In this document: one piece after another, positions 9,776 through 19,091 of the stretch
Layout: each line of letters begins with the position of its first letter
Numbering within the stretch: position 1 is the stretch's first letter
Assembly: GCA_964007735.1 (NCBI GenBank)
Contig: CAXGAI010000021.1
Location: 55,678-75,677, forward strand
DNA from: an uncultured Rhodopirellula sp.
Lineage (GTDB): Bacteria > Planctomycetota > Planctomycetia > Pirellulales > Pirellulaceae
Length of the DNA stretch: 20,000 nucleotides
Reading direction: 5' to 3'
The notes under the pieces: model-generated
What the model was told of the DNA's origin: nothing
Databases searched by the model: none
What the model saw: only the letters and a program-made list of their open reading frames with translations
Made by a program: the position numbers and the translations under genes

Positions 9776-11047
9776 ATGTTCAGTTGGAGCACCTGTCTGA
9801 TAGTTATGATCTTCGGATCGGTCGTGGGCATGTTCGTGAACTGGGGAATCTACAATTTGGCCTGGAACAAACGGCGCATCAGTCCGTGGGGCCCTTTGCC
9901 CGAAGAGCTCAGCCACCGATCATGGGGCACCAGGCTACCTATCGTCGGTTGGCTAAGGATGAAACATGAGACCCGGCAGCATGGCTATTTATTTTGGGTT
10001 AGACCATTCTGGATCGAACTGGGGATGGCATTATTCTTCGGTTATACCTACTCTCACTTTGCGAACGTTACCTATCTGGCGAGAGAGGCTGCTACAGACG
10101 TTTCACCTTTTCTACTCTGGACTCAAGCAATTCCCTTTCTTTGCATGACTACCCTGCTCTGCATCGCCACCTTTGTAGACTTTGATGAACGGATGATCCC
10201 GGATGAGGTGACTGTTTTTGGAACATTACTCGCCTTGGTACTGGCTGCCTTCATTCCTGAAAGTCGATTGTTTGATACTGCGGCTTTATTGAATGGAGAA
10301 TTAGTATACCTTCACGCCTACTCACCTAAAGAGTGGTTTGAATGGGGGAGGGAAACACGAGCACTTCTGTACAGCATGGGACTGCTTGGATTCTGGGGGA
10401 TTGCCAGTATGCCGAAGCTTTGCACACTACGTTATGGACTTAAACGAGGGGTGCAGTTAATGTTTGCCAGCGTCATTCGGCCACGCCGCAATTCGTTATC
10501 GCCGAATGAAAAGCGGAAACGAAAACCATTTACTGTAACAACTGTCATTGCGGTTAGCTGCATGCTGGGCTGGGTATTCCTATATTCAATCTGGGCCTGG
10601 GGCGAAGCGACACAGTGGGAAAGTCTCTTTAGTTCCGTCCTCGGCATGACAGGTGGGCTGGTTCTGGTTTGGGGTGTGCGAATCATCGGTTCCGTGGCTG
10701 CACAGCAGGAGGCAATGGGATTTGGAGACGTTACATTAATGGCCATGATTGGTGCCTTCATGGGATGGCAAGCGGTCATCATCACCTTTTTCATTGCACC
10801 GTTCGCGGGCCTCATTATTGGGATTATTCAAGCGATCGCAAGAAAAGAAAACGAACTTGCCTTTGGACCTTATTTGAGTCTGGGCGCCATTATCATTGTG
10901 CTCTTCTGGGAAAATGTCTGGGAACGAATCTATGGCGTCCTGGACAAACAAATCGATGCCGTCCCGTTCGTTCTGCTACTGCTTTTATCCGCGATGGGTG
11001 GCATGTTATTTGTCTGGCGAATAATCAAAGAGAAGATTCTAGCCTAA
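9776..11047 (+). CDS. Prepilin peptidase-like A24 family aspartic membrane protease (long form)
   Basis: Catalytic-Asp motifs ATFVDFDERMIPD and AMGFGDVTLMAMIGAFMGWQ, C-terminal LAFGPYLSLG, multiple TM segments. Confidence 0.88.
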   Translation: MFSWSTCLIVMIFGSVVGMFVNWGIYNLAWNKRRISPWGPLPEELSHRSWGTRLPIVGWLRMKHETRQHGYLFWVRPFWIELGMALFFGYTYSHFANVTYLAREAATDVSPFLLWTQAIPFLCMTTLLCIATFVDFDERMIPDEVTVFGTLLALVLAAFIPESRLFDTAALLNGELVYLHAYSPKEWFEWGRETRALLYSMGLLGFWGIASMPKLCTLRYGLKRGVQLMFASVIRPRRNSLSPNEKRKRKPFTVTTVIAVSCMLGWVFLYSIWAWGEATQWESLFSSVLGMTGGLVLVWGVRIIGSVAAQQEAMGFGDVTLMAMIGAFMGWQAVIITFFIAPFAGLIIGIIQAIARKENELAFGPYLSLGAIIIVLFWENVWERIYGVLDKQIDAVPFVLLLLLSAMGGMLFVWRIIKEKILA

Positions 11048-11562
11048 GCGGTAACCTTGCTCACAATTTCAGCTGCTACACCTTCGGGTGATAATTGCTC
11101 TGTATCCACCGTGAAGTCTGCGGCTGCCTGATAAAGTGGAGTTCTTTGTGTAAGGAGGCTCCTTACTTCCTCCAGTCCACCAAACGCCGTCAAATCAGGT
11201 CTACGTTGCCCTGTAAGCGGATCAGTATTCATCCGCTCAAAGATAACATCAGCACTGGCCCTTAACCAAATCGTTATGCCTCGCCCCTGTAGAGCTTCGC
11301 GATTTTTCTCGCGAACAATAGCCCCTCCACCTAAGGCAATCACAAGATTTTCACGATCGGCAAGTTCCTGCACAACAATCGTTTCACGATTACGAAACCC
11401 TTGTTCGCCCTCTTCGGTAAAAATTTCAGCGATCGTCATTCCAGCCTGTTGTTCGATGTAAACATCCGCATCAATCGCATGTTTACCTAGGGCCTGAGCA
11501 ACCAAGCGAGCAACCGTTGTTTTACCCGTGGCTCTATAACCTGTAAGAAAGATATTCCCCAT
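11044..11562 (-). CDS. aroK: Shikimate kinase
   Basis: NIFLTGYRATGKTT (P-loop), DAD, IAEIF..EGE..FR..E, ALGGG and R.PLY. GAGG upstream. The stop overlaps the convergent peptidase stop by 4 nt. Confidence 0.96.
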   Translation of the reverse strand: MGNIFLTGYRATGKTTVARLVAQALGKHAIDADVYIEQQAGMTIAEIFTEEGEQGFRNRETIVVQELADRENLVIALGGGAIVREKNREALQGRGITIWLRASADVIFERMNTDPLTGQRRPDLTAFGGLEEVRSLLTQRTPLYQAAADFTVDTEQLSPEGVAAEIVSKVTA

Positions 11563-11574
11563 AAACCTCAGCCT

Positions 11575-13089
11575 CTAATAATTAGCTGACGAGATGGTTC
11601 GGCGAAAAGTCTCTCGCATGATATCAAGAGGCGCTTCTTCACCGCTGAACAACTTAAATTGCAATTCCGCCTGTCGAACAAACATTTCAATGCCAGTTAC
11701 CGTACGGCAATCATGATTTCGAGCTTGTTTGATGAGTAAAGTTTGTTCTGGATTATAAATCGTATCGAACACAATCATTCCTCGCGTGAATCCAGCTTCC
11801 TCAAATGGCGTTTCATTCATTTTAGGGTGCATTCCAACAGGAGTGCAATTCACGAGAACATCTGCATTAGCCGAATGACGATCCTCCCACGCAAGGGCTT
11901 CACCTTCAAGCTTAGCTGCCAGTTCAACGGCCCTTTCGTAGGTACGAGAAGTCACCAGGAGTTCAGCACCACGGTCTTTGGCTCCTACACCAATTGCTCG
12001 TGCAACTCCTCCAGCACCAAGCAAAAGTACCTTTTTGCCGGTCAACCATTTTTCGTCAGGATCCGCTTCAGCAGCTTCGGCTAAACTTACCATGGCACCG
12101 TAGAGGTCGGTGTTATATCCAATGATTTCGTCACCGTCAAAAATCACGGTATTGACCGCACCTATTTTACGAGCACCCGATTCAATTTTTGTTAGGGAAG
12201 CCATGATCTCCTGTTTGTGCGGTATTGTCACACTCAGGCCACGAATCCCCAACGAAGGGGCATCATCAACAAACTGATTGAGATGATCTTTCGGAATACG
12301 GAATGGTAAATAAACACGATTCATATTCAGATGATCAAAGCCTGCATTATGAATAACCGGGCTCATACTGTGCCCCACAGGGTCGGCAATCACGCCAAAC
12401 ACTTCCGTTTCGGCATCAATGGTTTCATAACCGTAGGTTTCGGTCATCTCTTCAAAGCTTAACTGTCCGGGCGCGATTGTCCGTTCATGATGGAATGTAG
12501 CAAACGTGAAGGGAGCGCCAAACTTCCCCGCCAGGAGTCTACTGGGCATTCCCATATCTCCCATACAAATCCCGACCGTTGGAATCTCACTGCCTTCGAT
12601 CAATTTAAGAATTCGAGTAACATCATTAGGAGAATTAGCCATACAGGCGATCTTAACGATATCCGCATCTTTCGCAGCCAGGCGGGCATGAATTTCTTCA
12701 AGGTCGTCGGGAGTTTCGTCAAAGTCATGCATACTAATAATTCGCTTGGTATCACCATAGCGTGGAATAGCATCCGCAATTTCTTCTTCCAAATCGACGT
12801 AGTCAACGCCTTCAACAATCGCTGCTCGTAACAGGATCACCCGTTCAGCCTCAGTCCCTGACCATTTTCCACCATCTTGAGGACGTCGGCACGTTGCGAC
12901 TACGGGACACTTCCGATCCCTTAAGAGTCGCTTTAAGGTAACCGCTCGACGGATATAATCCAGACGCAACTCAACAAGACGGGCGCCATTCTCAGCTAAA
13001 TGCTGGTGTTCTGCCCGCATGTGTTTGTGTCGTCCCCGTCCAATGCTGACACAAATCGTAGACGCTGGATCACCGCTCGACTGATTCAA
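11575..13089 (-). CDS. aroDE: Bifunctional type I 3-dehydroquinate dehydratase / shikimate dehydrogenase (AroD-AroE fusion)
   Basis: N-half has VELRLD, ATCRR..DGG, YVDLE, ISMHDF and KIA (Schiff-base Lys). C-half has HSMSP..HN, SVTIPHK, GAVNT, YNTD, GAGGVARA and NCTPVGM. Start placed at the in-frame TTG at 13089, which has GAGAGGT 8 nt upstream, instead of the ORF-track GTG at 13182. Confidence 0.93.
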   Translation of the reverse strand: MNQSSGDPASTICVSIGRGRHKHMRAEHQHLAENGARLVELRLDYIRRAVTLKRLLRDRKCPVVATCRRPQDGGKWSGTEAERVILLRAAIVEGVDYVDLEEEIADAIPRYGDTKRIISMHDFDETPDDLEEIHARLAAKDADIVKIACMANSPNDVTRILKLIEGSEIPTVGICMGDMGMPSRLLAGKFGAPFTFATFHHERTIAPGQLSFEEMTETYGYETIDAETEVFGVIADPVGHSMSPVIHNAGFDHLNMNRVYLPFRIPKDHLNQFVDDAPSLGIRGLSVTIPHKQEIMASLTKIESGARKIGAVNTVIFDGDEIIGYNTDLYGAMVSLAEAAEADPDEKWLTGKKVLLLGAGGVARAIGVGAKDRGAELLVTSRTYERAVELAAKLEGEALAWEDRHSANADVLVNCTPVGMHPKMNETPFEEAGFTRGMIVFDTIYNPEQTLLIKQARNHDCRTVTGIEMFVRQAELQFKLFSGEEAPLDIMRETFRRTISSANY

Positions 13090-13331
13090 AGATTTATACC
13101 TCTCAATGCTGTTTATCCCAAGGGCATTGCTTTCTAACCCTCTTACTCTGTTATAACCTCGGCGAGTTCTTTCTGGAATCACCAGATTTACCTGCTAAGT
13201 TTTTGGAGAAGAGACTCCTGCTGCGCGTGTGTTAACGATTAGGCAAACAGAATTGCATTGGCATTACCAAGACTTTTTTAATATATATCACTATAAATTT
13301 CTTGCCGCTTCACACATAAGTCACGGATGAT

Positions 13332-14819
13332 ATGAAACCAGTTCCAATCGTAGTGATCGCAAGCTTGTCGGTAGTGCTTACCGCTTTTACAACATTACAG
13401 TTTGCAACCATTTCGAGAATGCATCGGTCGGATCATGAAATTGTGCAACAAGAGCTAGATTCACAATTTGGAAATCTTGTGGCTTTTGAATGGGATGACC
13501 AATCTAATCAAATCCTTGGCGTCTACATTGATGCTCAATGTCTTGATTCCCGCAGTACGTTTGAAACGCTTGCCAAATTAAAAGACCTTCGCGTTCTATC
13601 TATCCGCCATGGACAATTTCAAGATACTGATTTAGAGCCGTTATCCAGTCTGTCAAAACTAACCTCCGTCGAGCTTCAGTCTCTTCACTTCACCGGTGCC
13701 GGATTAGAACACTTAACCGGCTCGAAGGGAATAACCAGCCTCAAATTGAACAATAATCCTGCCTGGGCAGCAGAGGAATCCAAAAGGCTAGAGGAGTTAC
13801 CCCTGCTGGAAGAAATCCAATTGGCCTGCACTGCAACCACCGATGAATCTATCAAGGCATTTACCAACCACCAGTCCCTTCATACTCTCGTCTTAGACAA
13901 CACGCATGTCACCTTTGCCGGATTAAAATCGATTTCAGAAAACAGTAATCTGCGGCACCTTAGTCTACGTAGCTGCCTCCTTGGCAGCCTGCACCCAGAT
14001 GCCTTGTCACAACTCACCACGAAACTACCCTTCTCACTCAACCTGGCAGATTCAGACGTCACCGACGAAGCACTAATCAACATTCAAAGCCTAAACGTTG
14101 TTCACCTAAATCTAAGTGGTACACAGATAAGTGATCAAGGTCTGACCTATCTCTCTGGCCATGCGTATTGCCAGAGTTTAGACCTTAGCTACACCCAATG
14201 CTCCAGCAATGGTCTAACAGATGTGGTGACGTCGCTTCCGTTACAATCATTAATATTACGAGGGATCAAACTTAACGAAGATGCTTTAGAAGCATTCGGC
14301 CAATGCACACAATTGACGATTCTTAATCTGGCTAATACGAACGTACAGGATCAATGGTTAGCTGCGCTTGGCAACGCCAAAGAACTGGAATACTTAATCC
14401 TCTATCGAACTGAGGTGACCGGTATAACGCTCGGTGAGTTGACCAATCTTTCATATCTGGACCTCTCTTTTTGCCCTGTTGATTCGAAAGCTATTGAACA
14501 ATTGGACTTGTTAACAAATCTAGCCAGTCTCCAGCTAATGGGCCTCAATCTCTCTCATCAAGCGGTGAAGTACTTTACCAAAACAAATATCACTCACCTT
14601 AACCTGTCCAACTCCTCCATTACGAATCGTGATCTGCATACACTTTCAATGATGCCTGCGTTAAAGGAATTATTCGTACGAAATTGTGATATTAGCGTAA
14701 ACGATTTCGAGATGTTTCAATCTCGCAACACGAACTGCGTTATTTACTGGCAGGCGTACGGACGGGACAGCACTTATGCCAAGCCGGAAGCAATGCAAGC
14801 CATGACCAACAGACCATAG
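13332..14819 (+). CDS. Leucine-rich repeat protein with an N-terminal signal or membrane anchor
   Basis: Hydrophobic N-terminus, then many ~24-aa LxxLxLxxTxITDxGL-type repeats, e.g. LHTLVLDNTHVTFAGL, VVHLNLSGTQISDQGL and LTILNLANTNVQDQWL. Confidence 0.88.
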   Translation: MKPVPIVVIASLSVVLTAFTTLQFATISRMHRSDHEIVQQELDSQFGNLVAFEWDDQSNQILGVYIDAQCLDSRSTFETLAKLKDLRVLSIRHGQFQDTDLEPLSSLSKLTSVELQSLHFTGAGLEHLTGSKGITSLKLNNNPAWAAEESKRLEELPLLEEIQLACTATTDESIKAFTNHQSLHTLVLDNTHVTFAGLKSISENSNLRHLSLRSCLLGSLHPDALSQLTTKLPFSLNLADSDVTDEALINIQSLNVVHLNLSGTQISDQGLTYLSGHAYCQSLDLSYTQCSSNGLTDVVTSLPLQSLILRGIKLNEDALEAFGQCTQLTILNLANTNVQDQWLAALGNAKELEYLILYRTEVTGITLGELTNLSYLDLSFCPVDSKAIEQLDLLTNLASLQLMGLNLSHQAVKYFTKTNITHLNLSNSSITNRDLHTLSMMPALKELFVRNCDISVNDFEMFQSRNTNCVIYWQAYGRDSTYAKPEAMQAMTNRP

Positions 14820-14825
14820 CTACTC

Positions 14826-16676
14826 TCAGATCCCGGTGCGTTGGAATTGTTTATCGAGTTCATCACGGGAAAATACCAACGCGGATGGCCGACCGTGAGG
14901 GCAGTGATGCGAATCCTGACAGTCGTGCCATGATTCGAGCAGCGACTTGATCTCTTCTGCAGTCAAAGCATCACCAGCTTTCACTGCGGCTTTACAAGAC
15001 ATCATCGATAGCAGGTCGTCGAGAACATCTCTTTTGTCTGGTGATTCCTTACCTGACAACAACACTTCCACTAGATGGCGAATCATTTCTTCTATCTTAA
15101 GTCGACGCAACATCGCTGGATAACTCGATACCAGAACGGTGTCACCACCAAACGGTTCCACTTCAATTCCTAGCTTCTTTAATTGATCCTGATTTTCTAA
15201 CACAGCCGCCGCTTCTGCGGGCGTCAACGTGACCGGTTCCGGCACAAGCAGTCGTTGGGTCTCCAGATCCCCTTCCATCGCTTTCTTACGAAATTGTTCG
15301 TAGAGAATACGTTCATGTAAGGCATGTTGATCGATGACAACCATACCACGCTCATCTTCTGTGACTAGATACCGGTTCTGAATTTGAATACCAAGTGTAG
15401 TGTGTGCTGGCGTGTCAGTTGCTGTCGTCAGATTGCCAAGCGGCTCCGTGCCGAAACGGTCGCTCGAATCCGATGGGGCGTTGTCCGTCAGCCCGGTAGC
15501 AAGTTGGTCCGGATCTAGAACCCGACGAAAACTGTCTGGCAGTCCCGCACCGCTCTGACCTATCATCGCGGCGTCAGCTTGCGATGTTCCAAACTGAAAT
15601 TCCATTTTCCGGGTTTCTGTAATCGGTTGCGACGGTGGCGCCGTCACCGGATCGTCGTCTTTCCCTGCACGAATACGCGTTGTCAAATCGGTTGTCAGGA
15701 ACTTATTGCGAATTGTACTCAGTAACTGACTGTACAGCCGACGTCCATCCTGAAAGCGCACCTCGAGCTTTGTCGGATGCACGTTGACATCAACCATCTC
15801 TGGTGGCATTTCCATCTTCAGGAATACGATTGGATATCGACCATGAAGCAACAAACCACGATAAGCTTCACCCAATGCATGCTGTAAACTACGATCCCGA
15901 ATGTGCCGATGATTCAGGAACAGATACTGCATACGCGTGTTAGAGCGGAAGAACGAAGGATCCGCAACATATCCGGAAAGGGATACGTCATCATCCCGAC
16001 TCTCGACCCAAATCAATCCTTCTGCCAAATCGCGCCCATGAAAATGAGCGATTCTGTCTTTCCAGTTATCGACTGCCGGCAAATCATGTTTAATACGATC
16101 GTTGTGCTTGAGGCTGAAGTGAATTTGAGGATGCACTATCGCAATCCGAGTAAAGGCTTCTGTAATATGTCCCATTTCTGTCTGAGAAGTTTTCAGATAT
16201 TTACGCCGAACGGGGGTATTAAAAAAAAGATTGCGTGCTTCGATCATGGTACCAACAGGGCAGCCGACTGGTTCTGGCGTCTGGCGTCTTCCACCATGAA
16301 CCTCTAAGAGCACCCCAGCTTCATTATCAGCCGTACGACTACGGATCAACATATTGCTGACTTCTGAGATCGAGGCGAGAGCTTCGCCGCGAAACCCCAG
16401 TGATGAGACAGAGAATAAATCCTCTGCCGTCGTTATTTTACTAGTGGCATGACTATCGACAGCCATTTCGATTTGATCGGGATCGATACCACTACCGTTG
16501 TCGACGATTCGAATGAGGGCACTACCACCGTCTTCCACAGTAACATCAATTCTTGTAGCTCCGGCATCAACAGAATTTTCGACAAGTTCTTTTACGACGC
16601 TAGCAGGGCGTTCAATAACTTCGCCCGCCGCAATCTTATTAATAATGCTTGTTGATAATTGTGCAATCCGTGCCAT
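14826..16676 (-). CDS. mutL: DNA mismatch repair endonuclease MutL
   Basis: NKIAAGEVIERPASVVKELVENSVDAG, GFRGEALASI and DVNVHPTKLEVRF. Endonuclease motifs DQHALHERILYE, SCK and CPHGRP; clamp-binding-like QRLLVP. Start is at ATG 16676 (MARIAQL) or the in-frame ATG at 16688. Confidence 0.97.
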   Translation of the reverse strand: MARIAQLSTSIINKIAAGEVIERPASVVKELVENSVDAGATRIDVTVEDGGSALIRIVDNGSGIDPDQIEMAVDSHATSKITTAEDLFSVSSLGFRGEALASISEVSNMLIRSRTADNEAGVLLEVHGGRRQTPEPVGCPVGTMIEARNLFFNTPVRRKYLKTSQTEMGHITEAFTRIAIVHPQIHFSLKHNDRIKHDLPAVDNWKDRIAHFHGRDLAEGLIWVESRDDDVSLSGYVADPSFFRSNTRMQYLFLNHRHIRDRSLQHALGEAYRGLLLHGRYPIVFLKMEMPPEMVDVNVHPTKLEVRFQDGRRLYSQLLSTIRNKFLTTDLTTRIRAGKDDDPVTAPPSQPITETRKMEFQFGTSQADAAMIGQSGAGLPDSFRRVLDPDQLATGLTDNAPSDSSDRFGTEPLGNLTTATDTPAHTTLGIQIQNRYLVTEDERGMVVIDQHALHERILYEQFRKKAMEGDLETQRLLVPEPVTLTPAEAAAVLENQDQLKKLGIEVEPFGGDTVLVSSYPAMLRRLKIEEMIRHLVEVLLSGKESPDKRDVLDDLLSMMSCKAAVKAGDALTAEEIKSLLESWHDCQDSHHCPHGRPSALVFSRDELDKQFQRTGI

Positions 16677-16713
16677 GCTAAGCCCCATCCATTGGGAAGA
16701 CCGTGTTAAAAAG

Positions 16714-18108
16714 TTACAGTTCGAACTCTTTCAGTTTACGATAAACTGTGCGAGCACCCACCCCCAGTATACGGGCAGCTTCCTCCCGATTGCCATTGGT
16801 CAGCGCCAAAGTTTGTTGATAAGCCCATTTTTCTATCTGTGCCATCGGCTGCCCAACCAAATCTACCGGCCCCAGTGAATTATTGGGAAGTTCATCACTC
16901 CCAACTTCAAAATCGGGTGGCAAATCGTCGACATCCAGTACTCCATCCATATCAAGGACGACCATGCTCTCAACAACATTTCTTAGCTGACGAATATTAC
17001 CCGGCCAATCGTAAGCATAAAACCGTCGCGTGACAGCAGGTGTCACTGCCAGGACATCTTTATTATGACGTTGATTACATTGTTTCCGGAAGTGATCGAC
17101 TAGTGGCACGATATCGTCCCGACGTTCACGCAATGCTGGCAATTCGATAGTTACTACCTTTAATCGATAATACAAATCGTTTCGAAAGTCGTTCTTTTCC
17201 ACAGCATCTTCCAAAACCAGATTGGTCGCAGAAACGACTCGAACGTTAACATCTGTTGGCGAGTTATCGCCCACTCGCGTAATGCGACTTTCTTCCAAAA
17301 CACGCAAGAGTTTGGTCTGAGTTGCCAAAGGCATATCGCCGATCTCATCCAAGAATATCGTCCCGCCGTCAGCATATTCAAATGCTCCGATACGATCCGA
17401 ATGAGCATCGGTAAATGCCCCCTTCACATGCCCAAACAATTCACTTTCCACCAGATTTTCTGCCACCGCTGCACAGTTTAGAGGGACAAGACGTTTGCCT
17501 TTGCGTGGTGAATTCTGATGAATCGCCTGTGCAATCAACTCTTTTCCGGTGCCACTTTCGCCAGTAATCAAAACCGTCGCATCGGTAGGAGCAATACGTT
17601 TCAGGCGATCGATAACCGATTTCATCTTGTCACTAGAGTAGATAATGCCGTCAAAGCCAAACTTCTCATCGAGGCGTTGCTGCAGTTCGACATTACAACG
17701 ACGCAGAGCCACCGCTTCAACCGCGCGGGCGGTAATCGCACGAAGACGTTTAGGAGTGATCGGCTTTTCTAAGAAGTTATAAGCTCCCAATTGCATGGCC
17801 TCGACGGCCCGAGGCACGGTTGCATGACCTGTCACCATGATCACTTCAGCATGAGGAAGTAACTCCGTGGCATTCTCGAGAATGCCCATGCCGTCTACAT
17901 CGTTCATCATCAGGTCTGTGATAACAACATCATATTGATTCTGCTGAATCATCTTCAGGCCTTCCGGACCTGAAATCGCAATGCTTATGTCATAACCGAC
18001 AGACTCCAGGCTTTCCACCATCGCCGTGGCCAGAGGAGGATCATTATCCACCACCAGGACACGGATGTCACTAGGAGCTAATTCCGGGCTGTCCTTTATT
18101 TCAGTCAA
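16714..18108 (-). CDS. NtrC-family sigma54-dependent response regulator (REC-AAA+-Fis HTH)
   Basis: Receiver domain (VVDND, ITDLMM, TGH, KP), Walker A GESGTGKE, ESELFGHVKGAFTDA, FLDEIG, DLYYRL, WPGNIRQL and a C-terminal HTH. TTG start with GAAGGT upstream. Confidence 0.95.
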   Translation of the reverse strand: MTEIKDSPELAPSDIRVLVVDNDPPLATAMVESLESVGYDISIAISGPEGLKMIQQNQYDVVITDLMMNDVDGMGILENATELLPHAEVIMVTGHATVPRAVEAMQLGAYNFLEKPITPKRLRAITARAVEAVALRRCNVELQQRLDEKFGFDGIIYSSDKMKSVIDRLKRIAPTDATVLITGESGTGKELIAQAIHQNSPRKGKRLVPLNCAAVAENLVESELFGHVKGAFTDAHSDRIGAFEYADGGTIFLDEIGDMPLATQTKLLRVLEESRITRVGDNSPTDVNVRVVSATNLVLEDAVEKNDFRNDLYYRLKVVTIELPALRERRDDIVPLVDHFRKQCNQRHNKDVLAVTPAVTRRFYAYDWPGNIRQLRNVVESMVVLDMDGVLDVDDLPPDFEVGSDELPNNSLGPVDLVGQPMAQIEKWAYQQTLALTNGNREEAARILGVGARTVYRKLKEFEL

Positions 18109-18148
18109 TGTTGGGTACCTTCATATCTTATTTCAGATGTTAATTGCA

Positions 18149-18883
18149 TCAGTCAAGTCGAGCCGGCGTCGGGAACTCCAGAGTGAATTTAGTTCCCTGC
18201 TCTTCTTGGCTTTGCACATCAATTCGACCGCCATGAGCCTGCACCACTTTACGAGCCATAGGCAGTCCCAAACCTGAACCGGCAGGCTTGGTCGTATAAA
18301 ACGCATTAAACATATTTAATGCCGTGTTGTCACTCATGCCACATCCAGTATCGATTAAATCCATCGCAATACCAACAGGAGTCACACGCGTGATCGCAGT
18401 CAATTCCCCGCCTTCCTTCATCGACTCCAACGCATTTTTGACTAAGTTAGCCAGTGCTCCCTGCAGTGTTTCCTGCTCCAACTGCATGGCAGGTAATTCA
18501 GGATCCAGATAACGATTTATCTGAACGCTCTGATTTTTTGCCTGTGCTTCGTACATATCCAGAACAGAAATGACTTGCCGATTCAGCGAACCAATCTCAA
18601 GCTCTAAATCTCGCAAACGAGCAAACTTCATAAAGTCGTTAAGAAGTTTTTCTAAACGTTGGCATTGGGAATGCACGGTCTGGAGCTTTGTCCAAACCCG
18701 ACGTTCACGCGGTGTTTCGCTCTCCTCTAAATCTTCTTCCACTAATTCCATATTCATGCGGATTACCGAAAGCGGATTTTTTATTTCATGCGCCAGAGAT
18801 CCAGCGATTTGCGCAAGCTCGGCGTACTGCTTTTCCAGCAACTGAGCCCTTTGCTGCCAACGCTCTACTTCGCGATCCACCAT
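18149..18883 (-). CDS. Two-component histidine kinase, soluble, with no recognisable sensor domain
   Basis: H-box LAHEIKNPL at about residue 32, N-box NLVKNALES, G1 DTGCGM, F-box FYTTK and G2 GSGLGL. Confidence 0.93.
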   Translation of the reverse strand: MVDREVERWQQRAQLLEKQYAELAQIAGSLAHEIKNPLSVIRMNMELVEEDLEESETPRERRVWTKLQTVHSQCQRLEKLLNDFMKFARLRDLELEIGSLNRQVISVLDMYEAQAKNQSVQINRYLDPELPAMQLEQETLQGALANLVKNALESMKEGGELTAITRVTPVGIAMDLIDTGCGMSDNTALNMFNAFYTTKPAGSGLGLPMARKVVQAHGGRIDVQSQEEQGTKFTLEFPTPARLD

Positions 18884-19011
18884 AGTTTGAATCTATTCTC
18901 TTCTAGGGAAAATCTCTTGCGCCTTCCGAGGCAAATTATCCTGAGCCTTTATTTTAGTCTGAGTGAGAAAATTGGTGGAGTGTTTTTATCACTCTCAATT
19001 TTCCGATCCCA

Positions 19012-19054
19012 CAATAAAACAGCCGGTCGACCTGAACCACAGGACCACCGGCTG
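19012..19054 (-). terminator. Probable intrinsic terminator of pnp
   Basis: Minus strand CAGCCGGT-ggt-CCTG-tggtt-CAGG-tcg-ACCGGCTG followed by TTTTATTG, starting about 38 nt after the pnp stop. Confidence 0.7.
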
Positions 19055-19091
19055 ATAAGCGTTTAAACTTCAAACGAGACTGCTTGAATGC

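Noticed and set aside
13090..13182. N-terminal extension of AroDE as given by the ORF track
   Set aside because: It does not resemble a protein domain, and a better SD plus TTG start lies at 13089.
13241..13257. Sigma54 -24/-12 promoter-like AGGCAAACAGAATTGCA upstream of the LRR gene
   Set aside because: GG and GC are separated by 11 nt instead of the strictly required 10.
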